The notes: generated by a model from the letters alone, not told the origin. A DNA stretch of 61,869 bases, filler included, from Aduncisulcus paluster (GCA_024181965.1; 6 parts of 6 records of this genome joined end to end with filler, not necessarily neighbours in it), one strand, 5' to 3'; positions 1 to 11,065 are shown, counted from the whole stretch's first letter. A program made the numbers and translations.

Positions 1-598
1 TAATTGATTTGATCCTTCGAAAGGTTGCTTTTCACTTGCACTGAGTGTCGAAGTACATGGCATGACATACACTGCATACTGATACAGATTCTGTACAGAG
101 CTCTGTGACACAGAATACAGACAATATATATAGCATTGAAAGGTCGGAACAACATTGATATCTTCAACTCTTGTCTTCATCATCTTCAAAATACTCATCA
201 TAATATTCATAAGAGTCACCGTCAACACCACCAGCAACGTCAGGCGTGAGGGACGGCGTGTTCGTCGTGTCTTCATCATCAAAGGAAATGTCCTCAATGG
301 CACTCCGGTAAAACGTGCTCCGACGGAAAATCGGGGTAGATTTAGGCGTCACTTTGGAAGGAGGATGGGGAAGAGGGGAATGATAATACGAATATATAAA
401 AAAAAAAAAAAAAAACAATAAGCGCAGTTGAAAAAACATTAATGTAAAACCATTCACTTTCGATATCAATTGTCGACAAACTATAGCATAAGATATATAA
501 GATATTAGCAAATTGTCATATAATAACAATAAATATATATATATAAATATATAAAAGTTAATGCGTTGAATCTCAACTTGACCTATTTTGTTTCACTT

Positions 599-3500
599 TC
601 ATTTGACTTGTTCCATCTTCATAAGAATATTCTGAGCACGATCACTGACAAGAGGTTTTGTAGTGTCCATGGCCATCAATTGGACCATTCTTTTGAGCTG
701 AGAAAGCACGAGAATGTTTCGTTCCATGTTTGTACGGGCAAGGACAGCCTGGAACAACTCAAGGGCATTCTTGAGAGCGGCAGTATCGGCATTATGCAAA
801 GATCTAACGAGAATTTGGGCCACACGACGATCAAATATAATATCTCCACAAATTTCATCCTGAAGAACCAAGGATTGCAATTGCCTAAAGATATCAGTAA
901 CATCTTCATCATCAAGGAGGAAAATAAGCCCATTCACAAGTAAATCTCGTTGGGAGTGCCAGAACATACTGCAAACACGTTCCCGGTCTTCCTTGTCTTT
1001 GGTCTCGCCCATTTTAGAGAGCATAAATAGTGCATGTCTTGCTGCCGTCTTTACATATTTGTGAGGATCAACATTAGAGGCAACAAGACCGACGAGCATG
1101 TTACAAACCTCACTTTCAATCAGTGTCTTCTTGATTGACTGATCATCAGCACTATATTGGACGATATCCTGAAGGAGTTTGAGGGCGAATGGACGCAAAC
1201 CACCACTCTGCATGGCATCCATGGAACACAAGGATACCAAAACAGGCACACTCCCACACTGTACAACGGCACGCACCTGAAGGGATTGACGCAATGTAAG
1301 CGGGCCACAGATATGGAGGGCCTGAGCTTTCACAGTCACTTCCTCGACTTGCACAAAGCAAGTCATAATCACAGCGGTTGTGTGGGCTTTCGTAAGAAGG
1401 ACACGGGTGTGAGTTTCCATCACAAGAGCACGCATTCCATGCAGAATCTTCAGTAAACTGTCGACAAGGAGTGAATGGAGCTTCTTAGTCTTTGGAACAG
1501 TCACAATGGTCTCTGTGAGCATCAAAATAAGGGTGTTAAGAGCAACAACACCTTCAAATGACTCCTTGTCTCCACTGCGACCATTGCATGTTTCAAGACC
1601 ACACACAGGATCGACACAAAATGTCTGAAGCAACTCGCATACTTCCAACAGACTTTCTGCCCATTTCATCTTCTCGACATTATCCCACTCATCGATATCC
1701 CAAGAATCACTCCCCGAAGAGGACTCCTCAGCTTCCACGCCATCCACAGCAAAATCATCTGACCAGGATCCATCTTTCTCCTCTTCCTTTTCTTCTCCTT
1801 CCTTTGATACAGCCATTCCACCAATGTCTGTGACCAATCCTTCAATGGGGATCACATCAATGTCTTCAATACCTTCTAGATCATCTCCCCAAGAAGAGGT
1901 TTCCTCAGACATCTTGTTGGCTTCAGACATCTTGTTGGCTTCAGACATCTTGTTGGTGTGAATCTCCATGTCATCAACTTCATGGTTAATGGTTATAGCA
2001 GGATAAGAGTCCCTTATACCGACACTCATATCACCTTCTTCTTTCTCTTTGCCGTTCTTTTTACCACTGACAGCAGTAGTATCACCAAGTGACAGAGATA
2101 CCTCTTGGCCTCCCTTGGTTGTGGAAGTAATAGAATCAGGAATGGAAGGATAATCCCCGAGAGGAGAATCCAATTGTCTGCGGAGGGTCAGAGATGTCCC
2201 ACATGAAGATGCTGCTGCGAGAGTAGAGACAGAATTCTTGGAACGTTGAAGGGTTTTTATGTGCTCTGGAGCGTCAAAAAACATGTCATCGTCATCTTGC
2301 ATCATATCACCGACCTCAGGAACACTGGCAAGATCATTATCACTAAAGAAAGAGCTTGATTTGTCAGCAAGGAGCTCAGCAAAGTCTGAGGGAGCTTGCC
2401 ACGTGCCTACATCAGCAGTTCCAGCATCGAAATCAGAACCAGAGGCACCAGCTTCGGCAGATTTCAAGCATTCGTGGACAAGAACACAGCCCCAATGGCT
2501 CAAAAAGAAACTTACTTTAAGTTGGGATAATAAACGACAGAAATCACGCTTTGGAGCATCTCCAAGAAGCGAGAAAGAGGCCGATATACAACTTGTAGCC
2601 GTCAGACATGCGTCAGACAAAGATTGTTTTGGCATTCGAAATGAATGAGTTGTAAATACTTGAGAAAATAATGAGGAACTAGTGGTTCTAAACGCATCAT
2701 CAGAGAGCTTCTTTTTACCGAGCTCTAAAGGTTGTCCAGCACAGATATAACCTTTTCTTCGATCAGCTGGAGTGATATCATTGTTCTTGATCTCCATTTC
2801 AGCCTGATGTTGGATGTCACCGTACGTGTCGTGCTCAAGGAGCCATGACAAGATAGTGAGACCACCACAACTCACAAAGAGCTGTGCATCGTTGTTATTG
2901 TTGAGGATACCGCTATTTCTTAGAGGTGTCTTTGAGAAGAACAGACCTACAATACCTGATACCTTGAGAGCAAGCTGATGAGAATAAGGCACCTGATGGA
3001 TGGCAGTGTTAATGTCTGTGACCAAACCAAGGAAAGACAGGATGCTTTTGAAGGTAGGGTGAGTCCCAATAACAGTATGCAGTAAATTTAGTGAAGGATA
3101 CACAAGGGAGGTGAAAGATGTACTGGGGGCTGCATGGGGGGAGAGTGAAGATATTCCTCCAACACTTGACTTGGAACGGGAAGAAATATCATTACGACGA
3201 AGAGAGCCATCACGTGATGAAGCTGAACTCGAGTATTGAGAGTACCTGGAACTCGATGGAACAGATAATCCAAACATGGACTGTCCACCGCCAATAGCTT
3301 TTTTTAGAACACTGAGAAGGTTCAGAACTCCCTTTTGTTGAACAAAGAGCGTCAAAAGTTCAGGGTGGGCCTTGAATTGAGTTGTAATCGTGTTACAGAG
3401 GGTAACAGCTGACTTGGGATTTGACTCAATTAAGAGGCGATCGACTTGAGAGAATAAACGCTGGCTATGCTCTTCCTTCTTCCTCTTCTCCTCAGCAAAT

Positions 3501-4771
3501 GCTGCTTCCTCCTCCTGATCCTCGTCACTCCACTCTACAGCCGACAGTTCCCTCTCCTCTTCATCGCCTGCTTCTTGCTTCAGCTCTAAATCGCCCCAAT
3601 CGTCGCCCTCGTCATCATCCTTGTACATCTCAAGGAAATCCATCACATTTCTGGCATAAGCACCAAGGTCAATGTGTGGATTGAGATCAACATCAGCTTT
3701 GACTCCATGAACTTGAGCACCATCAAAATCGAGGTCCCCATCAAAAATGTCATCTAGAGCCATGCTATCTTCTTCCTCTTCCGCAACAGGCATAACTGAA
3801 TGGCTTGAAAGAGAGCTTTTATCACTGAGTTTCGAAGATGATTTGGATTTTCCCGCAGAGGAAGAAGAAGGACCTGAATAGGCCAGAGACTTGTCGAAAC
3901 CGACGTGAATGTTACTGCCACCGACGTGAGCAGTGATCCATGGATGATTCAAAAGTTCAAGGGCAGTGGGTCGCCTATCAGCTACTTTATGAAAACAACT
4001 GATCAAGAAATTGGAGCATAAGGGAGTGACAGTGGGAGGAATGGGTGGTTTATCGCTGTTAACGATCTGAAACATTGCAGCATTGATGTTGGTATCACCA
4101 TATGGTGGAGTTCCGGTAAGCAACTCAACAATAGTGGCACCAATAGCCCATACGTCAACTTTTGGAGTCAATGATGTGCCCATAATCACCTCTGGCGCCA
4201 TCCAATATGGAGATCCAAGAATACCATCATTTTCACCACCATCGGTCGTGTCATATGAAATACCAAAATCTGAAACTTTGACATTGGAATCCTTGTCTGT
4301 CAACAAGTTGCCTCCCTTGATATCGCGATGGATTACACCTTGCGAATGAAGATACGCAACACCTTTTAGGATTTGAGCAGTGTATGTTGCCGCTAATTTC
4401 TCTTCGAGTCCACCAAGCTTTTTGGCATACGATTCTAATGATCCACCTTCAATATATTCTAAAACAATAAAAAGAGATTCTTTTTCTGTTATTGATTCAA
4501 TGTATCTCACAACGTTTGGATGTTTCAATCTTGCTAATAATTTAACCTCATGTTCGATATCATGTAAGACATCAGAAGAAGCGGCCTTTAAAAATATTGA
4601 CTTAATTGCATATAATTTACCATCTTCAATGTTAACGGCTTTGTATACCAGACCTTCGGCACCACGACCCAGAATATCGATAATTTTATATGAGCTGATT
4701 CTATCACCTATCTTCTTAACATCAACGACGCCAAGTTTCTTCTTTTTCTTATTGTTCAATGCACTGAACAT
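599..4771 (-). CDS. Cdc15/MAP3K-epsilon-like STE Ser/Thr kinase with C-terminal ARM-like helical region
   Basis: N-terminal kinase motifs LGRGAEG, YAIK, HRDIKGGN, DFG, GSPYWMAPE. These are followed by an acidic linker and a helical-repeat C-terminus as in Cdc15/SepA. Likely start is MFSALNN at 4771; the ORF is open to 4867. Confidence 0.8.
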   Translation of the reverse strand: MFSALNNKKKKKLGVVDVKKIGDRISSYKIIDILGRGAEGLVYKAVNIEDGKLYAIKSIFLKAASSDVLHDIEHEVKLLARLKHPNVVRYIESITEKESLFIVLEYIEGGSLESYAKKLGGLEEKLAATYTAQILKGVAYLHSQGVIHRDIKGGNLLTDKDSNVKVSDFGISYDTTDGGENDGILGSPYWMAPEVIMGTSLTPKVDVWAIGATIVELLTGTPPYGDTNINAAMFQIVNSDKPPIPPTVTPLCSNFLISCFHKVADRRPTALELLNHPWITAHVGGSNIHVGFDKSLAYSGPSSSSAGKSKSSSKLSDKSSLSSHSVMPVAEEEEDSMALDDIFDGDLDFDGAQVHGVKADVDLNPHIDLGAYARNVMDFLEMYKDDDEGDDWGDLELKQEAGDEEERELSAVEWSDEDQEEEAAFAEEKRKKEEHSQRLFSQVDRLLIESNPKSAVTLCNTITTQFKAHPELLTLFVQQKGVLNLLSVLKKAIGGGQSMFGLSVPSSSRYSQYSSSASSRDGSLRRNDISSRSKSSVGGISSLSPHAAPSTSFTSLVYPSLNLLHTVIGTHPTFKSILSFLGLVTDINTAIHQVPYSHQLALKVSGIVGLFFSKTPLRNSGILNNNNDAQLFVSCGGLTILSWLLEHDTYGDIQHQAEMEIKNNDITPADRRKGYICAGQPLELGKKKLSDDAFRTTSSSLFSQVFTTHSFRMPKQSLSDACLTATSCISASFSLLGDAPKRDFCRLLSQLKVSFFLSHWGCVLVHECLKSAEAGASGSDFDAGTADVGTWQAPSDFAELLADKSSSFFSDNDLASVPEVGDMMQDDDDMFFDAPEHIKTLQRSKNSVSTLAAASSCGTSLTLRRQLDSPLGDYPSIPDSITSTTKGGQEVSLSLGDTTAVSGKKNGKEKEEGDMSVGIRDSYPAITINHEVDDMEIHTNKMSEANKMSEANKMSEETSSWGDDLEGIEDIDVIPIEGLVTDIGGMAVSKEGEEKEEEKDGSWSDDFAVDGVEAEESSSGSDSWDIDEWDNVEKMKWAESLLEVCELLQTFCVDPVCGLETCNGRSGDKESFEGVVALNTLILMLTETIVTVPKTKKLHSLLVDSLLKILHGMRALVMETHTRVLLTKAHTTAVIMTCFVQVEEVTVKAQALHICGPLTLRQSLQVRAVVQCGSVPVLVSLCSMDAMQSGGLRPFALKLLQDIVQYSADDQSIKKTLIESEVCNMLVGLVASNVDPHKYVKTAARHALFMLSKMGETKDKEDRERVCSMFWHSQRDLLVNGLIFLLDDEDVTDIFRQLQSLVLQDEICGDIIFDRRVAQILVRSLHNADTAALKNALELFQAVLARTNMERNILVLSQLKRMVQLMAMDTTKPLVSDRAQNILMKMEQVK
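1903..1956. repeat. 18-bp coding tandem repeat x3 (NKMSEA)
   Basis: tcagacatcttgttgg(ct) occurs three times in tandem. Confidence 0.9.
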
Positions 4772-5079
4772 TTTTAAGTGGGAATATTCTTGTGGTTCAG
4801 AGAAATGACCTTCGGCACTCGGTTTTCTCAATATGATCGTAAAATCACATATTCGATTGTGAATCATGGCTTTATTGTTTTATTATAATTTAAATTTTGT
4901 TTTCAAATTAATATTTTCACCCTATATTTCGAGAAAAATCGAAATCAAGTTATCACACAAAATAAGGAAATTTTAAAAGATAACTGAATAAATATACATC
5001 AATATAGTTTTATTGGGATAATTTCACTCAATTTAAATTCGAGTAAATGTAAATAAATACAATAGCAGCACAACTAGAA

Positions 5080-5928
5080 TTACCATAACCTTTCAACGCT
5101 CTTGCTAGATTTAGCTTTGATTAATTCGTACAAATTCTTTGTCCTAACCATCTCTTCTTTCCTTTGGGAGTCCACAACGGTACTAACTCTCTGAGGAGGA
5201 ACATAAGCACCAGGGCGTTTGGCCAAAAGAGAGGATGAAGGTCTTCCATGTTGTTGCTTACCTCTATCACCTTCAACGGTGGCTGGAGAATAGAATCTGT
5301 CACTTTGTTTGAAGAAAGATTTGTGTTCCCCACCATAGGTACTGCCAGAGGCGGAAGCTGGCCTTCTGCAAGGTCTAAAAGCAGCCTCTTCGCGAGAGTT
5401 CATGCTGGTACGCTGTAAATGACGGACATCCCTGGCCTTTCCAGAGAGGGCAGCACCAGTAGTAGTACAAGCGATATCGTAGGTGCGAGAAGTGGTATTC
5501 AAATGATAACGAGATCTGTCTGGAGGAGGAGCTGGGACTTCACCTTGGACAACAGGATTCCTGGTTCCCTTATCGAAATGTCTTTTGCCTGTAGGCCTAG
5601 TAACATCAGAATAATCCGATTTTTCAGGTAACTTCTTGAATTTGTGTTCCCTATTTCTCTGGGTCGTTGTCATTCCAGCAGCATCGGTTGGAGTCGGACG
5701 ATAGCCCACAATTCTAGAGGTGTGAATGGAATCTGTATCAGGGGCAGGAATTGGACGAGGAACTTGCTTGTGAGATGGACGGAATGGTTCGGCAACACCA
5801 TGGAAGATAGTATCAGGATTTCCGGCAAACAGATGCTTGAGAGCTAATTGCCGACTGGGATTATGAGAATATGACGTACTTCCTTCATATTTGAACGATG
5901 ATAAATCATGTCCTGTTCTACTAGACAT
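5080..5928 (-). CDS. Hypothetical basic, probably disordered protein (282 aa)
   Basis: ATG-initiated ORF with coding-like composition between AT-rich spacers; no recognised domain. Confidence 0.7.
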   Translation of the reverse strand: MSSRTGHDLSSFKYEGSTSYSHNPSRQLALKHLFAGNPDTIFHGVAEPFRPSHKQVPRPIPAPDTDSIHTSRIVGYRPTPTDAAGMTTTQRNREHKFKKLPEKSDYSDVTRPTGKRHFDKGTRNPVVQGEVPAPPPDRSRYHLNTTSRTYDIACTTTGAALSGKARDVRHLQRTSMNSREEAAFRPCRRPASASGSTYGGEHKSFFKQSDRFYSPATVEGDRGKQQHGRPSSSLLAKRPGAYVPPQRVSTVVDSQRKEEMVRTKNLYELIKAKSSKSVERLW

Positions 5929-6158
5929 ATTAAGCTATTATGTTATGTAAAATGGTGGATGCCTTCGAAGAAAAAATTGGTGCTTTTCTTATCACAATCA
6001 GAGTAAATCAATATGGACATTATTATGTTAATATTGATACAAATATCGGAATATGTATTTTAATTTATTAAAAAAAATCGAAAATTCTATAATATTTGGA
6101 AGATTTTTATTTTGGTCTCTAAATCAAGTTGTACGGCGTCTAGTAGCATAATATTAAT

Positions 6159-6743
6159 TTATTCTTCATCTTCACTAACTTTAGGATATTTTTTTAATTT
6201 AGATTCACTTGTAACTAATGTAAATTTTTGAATAAGAGCCCAATCATCATCACGTATATCCTCTCCCATAATGAACCTCCGAAGTGCTGTAAATAGATCT
6301 GGGCGAGGTTTGATAATGCATAAATGAATGGTTGAAAGGGGCCTAGAAACGTAACTATGAAAGTCTTCCTCCAAACCTTTGTTTACCTCATATAAATTCC
6401 CAGATATAGGTGAAATAATGGATATTTCTTTGGTGTCAGCAGTTTCTTCTTCTTTCAGTTCTCCTTTGGGTTCATCTGATTGTAATTCGCATACACCTAT
6501 TCTTGATCTTTGTTGAAGAGTTACAGCTTTTCTTTTCCTTTTTCCGCTCACTCTATCGGCAAATTCGGATAATTTGCAGAAATGGAACCTTTTTATATCC
6601 TTTTTTAGAGTTGTTAGCATTGGGTGGTCACGCATCAAGGCAATCACGGCTAACTTATTGCTTTGTAGTAATATTTTCAATTTAAGATCTTCAAAATGTA
6701 ATTGATGATAATATCTTTCTTCGTATGAAGGATATGAACTCAT
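6159..6743 (-). CDS. ABITRAM: ABITRAM/FAM206A (Simiate)-like protein, glycine-cleavage-H fold
   Basis: Motifs YPSYEERYY, QSNKLAVIAL..HP, VSGKRKRKA..LQ and SPISGNLYEVN match the family; ATG at 6743. Confidence 0.75.
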   Translation of the reverse strand: MSSYPSYEERYYHQLHFEDLKLKILLQSNKLAVIALMRDHPMLTTLKKDIKRFHFCKLSEFADRVSGKRKRKAVTLQQRSRIGVCELQSDEPKGELKEEETADTKEISIISPISGNLYEVNKGLEEDFHSYVSRPLSTIHLCIIKPRPDLFTALRRFIMGEDIRDDDWALIQKFTLVTSESKLKKYPKVSEDEE

Positions 6744-7202
6744 AGCTTTTCGAATTTGCGACAAAAGTCGTGTTCCTCTTCATAATTCTTGTGGTTAATT
6801 TATTATTTCTATTATATCCAAAAATATGGATTTGAATCTCTGCCATTTATCTATTAGACGTAAAATAATATGAGATATGCTAAAATAATCCAAACTAACT
6901 AATCACTGTTTCTGGAGAAATGGAATCAAATTGAAGCAAAGTCGATCACTTATCTACAATTAATCTTTAGATTTTGCCTCAACAAATGTCTTATATGTCT
7001 CAACAACAAGAATCCTCATGAAACTATACTAAACTGTACAATACAGCTTCAAGCTGTATCATGAAGTTCATGAGTGACTATACTTCTCTTCACTTTCAGA
7101 AATAATTTCAAAAACAATTGATTTTCACGCCCTTTAACTCCCAAAGAAAATAAATATCAACAATTCTCAGGGCAATATAAAGTGTAGTATTCTATCCTAC
7201 AC

Positions 7203-8654
7203 TCAATCATTGAACGATTTCTTTGTTTTGAAAACGCCAGAGAGCATACCGAAGATTTTATATTTTGTTTCGAGTTCGCAAAGATCAGCAGAACTCTTCT
7301 CAAGCTCGCTAATAATTTTCCCAAATTTGGAACTACCCTCGAATTTAACAGTATCTGAAATCATTTTCTCCTCTGATTTCACAACAATTGAGTGATTTCC
7401 ACTGGTACACTTTATGTGGCCTTCTTTATAACCTTCAGAAGCAGAAGAAGAGGAAGAGGAGGAAGAGGAAGAAGAGGAGGAAGAGGTTGGAAGGAACTGG
7501 TCCAACAGAGTGAACCTGTCCATTGATACGCATACGGAGACACAAAACTCACTAACAGGGGAAATGGCGATCTTTCCAACCACATCATCGATGCCAGAAG
7601 CTTTGATAGTAGAATAATAATACTGTGGTTTGGGAATAGTTTCGGTATCTCTATCTTCCTCGCCAACAGCCTTTTCAAAGATCTCTGTATCAGCAAGAAC
7701 ACCATCTGTTGTTGGCATCGGAGGCATACTACTACTCACAGAACGGGGATTGGCTTCATCAGATTGGGTTATTGGAGGATGTGGTTGTTGAGATTCTTCA
7801 TCCTTATCACCATCGGTATTATCCCCAGCGTTCTCCTTGGCTTTATCTTTCTGCTTGTCCTTTGAAACAATATCAAGATAGCGTTGTTCCATAACAACGG
7901 ATAGTTTTTCTCCTTCAACATCATATAAAAGACCAATTACGTGTTCTCCGCGACATTTCATCCATTCAGAATGGTGTTTTTCTCCGAGACCATCAAGAAT
8001 ATCCATCGACCCATGCTCATTAACACATATTCCACAACTATTTGAATGATGACCACATAGCATTGGTATTGGTGATGAATGAGATGAAAACCCGGCGGTT
8101 GCAAATGGATGCATCATAAGAGAAGCTCTAGATCGACGTTTAAAATCAATTGAAGACAGTTTTGCAAAAAAAGAATAAGGTACTATAGAATCATGAGAAG
8201 AATCCGTAATAATTGATTTGGAAAAATGAACTTCGGGATTACATATAATGGGAATTGATTCTTTCAGGTCAAGTCGCATAATACGGATTTCATAATAATA
8301 AAATATATGTCCACCGATCTCAAGCCTCGCTGGGTGAAAATATTGAACTTGGGCATATTTGCTAGCAGGAATCAAATATTTTGAAGCCATTTTTGACCTT
8401 ATTTGTTGTTGGGCACGGACATATTGAACGGATAAAGAATCAGAAGAACGAACAACATCTTGAGGATGGAAGATCACATCATATTCTTCTGATTCGGCCC
8501 CATCATAATATGAAATAATATTTCTCAATGTGTTATCCATTGGGATTTCCAATAATCCACCAAAATACAAAGTGGCATCTGAGATGCCGCATCTCGACAG
8601 AATAGAACAATAATATCCAAAATCGATGTTTCTTATCATTATTAATATACACAC
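7203..8654 (-). CDS. Hypothetical protein, possible SPRY-like beta domain; 5' end uncertain
   Basis: 483-aa ORF; FYYYEIRI and GEHVIGLLYD..KLSV resemble SPRY strands; poly-Ser tract. Confidence 0.6.
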   Translation of the reverse strand: MCILIMIRNIDFGYYCSILSRCGISDATLYFGGLLEIPMDNTLRNIISYYDGAESEEYDVIFHPQDVVRSSDSLSVQYVRAQQQIRSKMASKYLIPASKYAQVQYFHPARLEIGGHIFYYYEIRIMRLDLKESIPIICNPEVHFSKSIITDSSHDSIVPYSFFAKLSSIDFKRRSRASLMMHPFATAGFSSHSSPIPMLCGHHSNSCGICVNEHGSMDILDGLGEKHHSEWMKCRGEHVIGLLYDVEGEKLSVVMEQRYLDIVSKDKQKDKAKENAGDNTDGDKDEESQQPHPPITQSDEANPRSVSSSMPPMPTTDGVLADTEIFEKAVGEEDRDTETIPKPQYYYSTIKASGIDDVVGKIAISPVSEFCVSVCVSMDRFTLLDQFLPTSSSSSSSSSSSSSSASEGYKEGHIKCTSGNHSIVVKSEEKMISDTVKFEGSSKFGKIISELEKSSADLCELETKYKIFGMLSGVFKTKKSFND

Positions 8655-8678
8655 ATGATAATAAATTATTTATTTTGT

Positions 8679-9096
8679 AAACACATTTGTTCTCCAAATA
8701 AGGCGTACTCAGACATTGTTGACATTATTGACAATACAGCGATATAAACATGAAAGTGACAATATACACATGGTATCCATCATATCTCAAGACATGACAG
8801 GAAGTGATGGTTCATACAATATGATTGTTATCAGGAAAGAAGTTGTATTCAATCCTTGTGGAAACGATGATATGAAGNNNNNNNNNNNNNNNNNNNNAAA
8901 CACATTTGTTCTCCAAATAAGGCGTACTCAGACATTGTTGACATTATTGACAATACAGCGATATAAACATGAAAGTGACAATATACACATGGTATCCATC
9001 ATATCTCAAGACATGACAGGAAGTGATGGTTCATACAATATGATTGTTATCAGGAAAGAAGTTGTATTCAATCCTTGTGGAAACGATGATATGAAG
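8679..9096. repeat. Unmerged assembly overlap: 8679-8877 duplicated at 8898-9096 around a 20-N gap
   Basis: Identical 199-bp copies flank N 8878-8897. Confidence 0.9.
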
Positions 9097-9102
9097 GATC
9101 AG

Positions 9103-9762
9103 CTATAACCATGGAAGCATCGACAATCGTTCAATCGTTGCAAGTTCATGCTGTTTGGCGGCTTTCATTTTCTCTTCCTTCTTGTCAATCACGAATCGAA
9201 TGCCTTCCAAAAAAATATCTTCTTGTTTTCCATCCAATGACGATATAACATGAATATCACAAAAAATAACATTATCAATATCTATCGGGAACTCTTGCCA
9301 GAAATAATGATTTGGAGGCATCTCTCCCATTTGGTATTCTTTTGTAATCTCCTTGCCATCTGAAGTTGTGAATGTAGCATTGAAATCTTTGATTCCATCT
9401 GGCTCATTATGATGACTTACAACAAACTTACTGAGATAATGTGGTGTAATGAATGGGAGATGTAAATTGGGATAGAAAAAGATGTACCATCCACCTCCTA
9501 AGAACTTCAATAAATTAGAATGATTATGACCTCTATGATAATCCCCATATGCTTTGGATCCATCAATTTCAGATAGATCTGGATGACCAACAGGATAGGG
9601 GCCTTGGTATTGTTTGGTAGAATCACCAAACAATACAATAAATCCAAGATCTACAATACATTTGCCAATAATTCTCATCACAAACAATAATAACACGCAA
9701 ATATCGAAATTTAATTGAAATAAAAAAAGACAATAAACACCAGTAACCTCCCGCAGTTGCAA
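9103..9762 (-). CDS. Uncharacterised beta-rich domain protein, paralogous to the N-terminus of 29879..31372; start uncertain
   Basis: Shares the pattern LxxPFI...TF...K...KxY...W..(F/L)P(I/V)...V..C.I...LxGIR(F/I)V with the 29879 ORF. Confidence 0.6.
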   Translation of the reverse strand: MQLREVTGVYCLFLFQLNFDICVLLLFVMRIIGKCIVDLGFIVLFGDSTKQYQGPYPVGHPDLSEIDGSKAYGDYHRGHNHSNLLKFLGGGWYIFFYPNLHLPFITPHYLSKFVVSHHNEPDGIKDFNATFTTSDGKEITKEYQMGEMPPNHYFWQEFPIDIDNVIFCDIHVISSLDGKQEDIFLEGIRFVIDKKEEKMKAAKQHELATIERLSMLPWL

Positions 9763-9986
9763 GGAAAAACACGATTTGTTGAATCGCGATCCAAAATCGT
9801 TGAATGAGCGTGCTTCTCACTTAATGGGGTGTCTCTTAACATTTGGAATACAATACAAAATGTTCAAGGAATCAAATAATTAATTATATTTTTTCTTTAT
9901 TCTCTTTCTTTCTATCCACACAGAATGGAACTTCCATTGTTCTTCAAGAACACAGTCCACAGGAAAACTTACCAACACCAGATAAG

Positions 9987-10086
9987 NNNNNNNNNNNNNN
10001 NNNNNNNNNNNNNNNNNNNNNNNNNNNNNNTTAATTAATTAANNNNNNNNNNNNNNNNNNNNNNNNNNNNNNNNNNNNNNNNNNNN
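9987..10086. other. Artificial scaffold linker N44-TTAATTAATTAA-N44
   Basis: Six-frame stop linker at 10031-10042. Confidence 0.97.
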
Positions 10087-10839
10087 GTGAGAAGAAAGTT
10101 TCTTGGATTTCTTCTTCTTTTCTGATTTACGCATAAGTTGGGCCTCTTCTTCTTGCTTTTGAATTTCAGAAATTCTTTTTTGCCGTTCTTGATCTATCTT
10201 TTTCTGCTTCGATTCTTCTTTCTTTCTCTTCTCTTCCTCCAGCTTCATTTTTTCTTCTTGGCGTTTTTTCTCCCTCTCTTTCTTCCTTTCTTGTAATTTT
10301 TCTTGAAGTTTTTGACTGCTTTGCTGTTGCATCAAGTCAAAAGTGGTCATTTCAGAAGAATCAGGATTCGTTCCTATTTTTTCACTAGACTTAGATGAGC
10401 GCTTTTTTTTCTTCCTTTTTTCTGATTTTAGTGGGTTGGAGGGATTGGAAACATGTTTAGCACTTTTTTTCCAGAGCTTTTGTGCAGCAGGAAGATCTAA
10501 TTCATCTGTGGGGGTTGGTAAAGACGAAGATGTTGCAGATTTAGACATACTGAGTGAGTGAGATGACGATGATGTGTGTATTGATGAGGAATGCGTTGAT
10601 TTTTGAGACAAAGGATGTGTACCTTGTGATGAAATGCTTGTACCCATTGACAGGCTTCTCTCCATTGAATAGCCATGTTTCGAGGGAGTTTTATCGTCTA
10701 TATCGTGAGGATCTTTTTTGATTTCAAGTGAAGTTGGAGCACCAGCATTCTGTTTCATTCGTTGAGCTTCGGCTCTCAATTTCCTCATATAATTCAATTT
10801 TTTGACTCTTTCTTTTTGAGATGTTGTTAATGGATCCAT
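10087..10839 (-). CDS. Lys/Glu/Ser-rich coiled-coil protein, 3' truncated
   Basis: ATG at 10839; frame is open into the linker. Confidence 0.7.
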
Positions 10840-11065
10840 TTTTATGAGTCAACTAACACGTAGTTAACCTAGGTTTCAGGGAACACGAGAAGTGACTCTT
10901 CTGTGGGAAGGACCTTTATTATTCCACAAAACAAATCAATAATATGGGTATAAAAATTAATAAAGATACAATGAAATGTATATTTTTTTTACAATATCAT
11001 CAGATTCGCTCGGAGAAAAAACTAGATGGTTTTCTGAGCTCTCTCCATAAAAAAAGAAAAAATCT

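Noticed and set aside
30-166. In-frame TGA read-through (selenocysteine or alternative code) after the 164 ORF
   Set aside because: Downstream translation is not protein-like, no SECIS is evident, and TGA is an ordinary stop in conserved genes such as ATG8
7179-7195. AAGTGTAGTAT resembling the U2 snRNA branch-recognition sequence
   Set aside because: Lacks the upstream GCTAAGATC/U6-pairing region, downstream stems and Sm site
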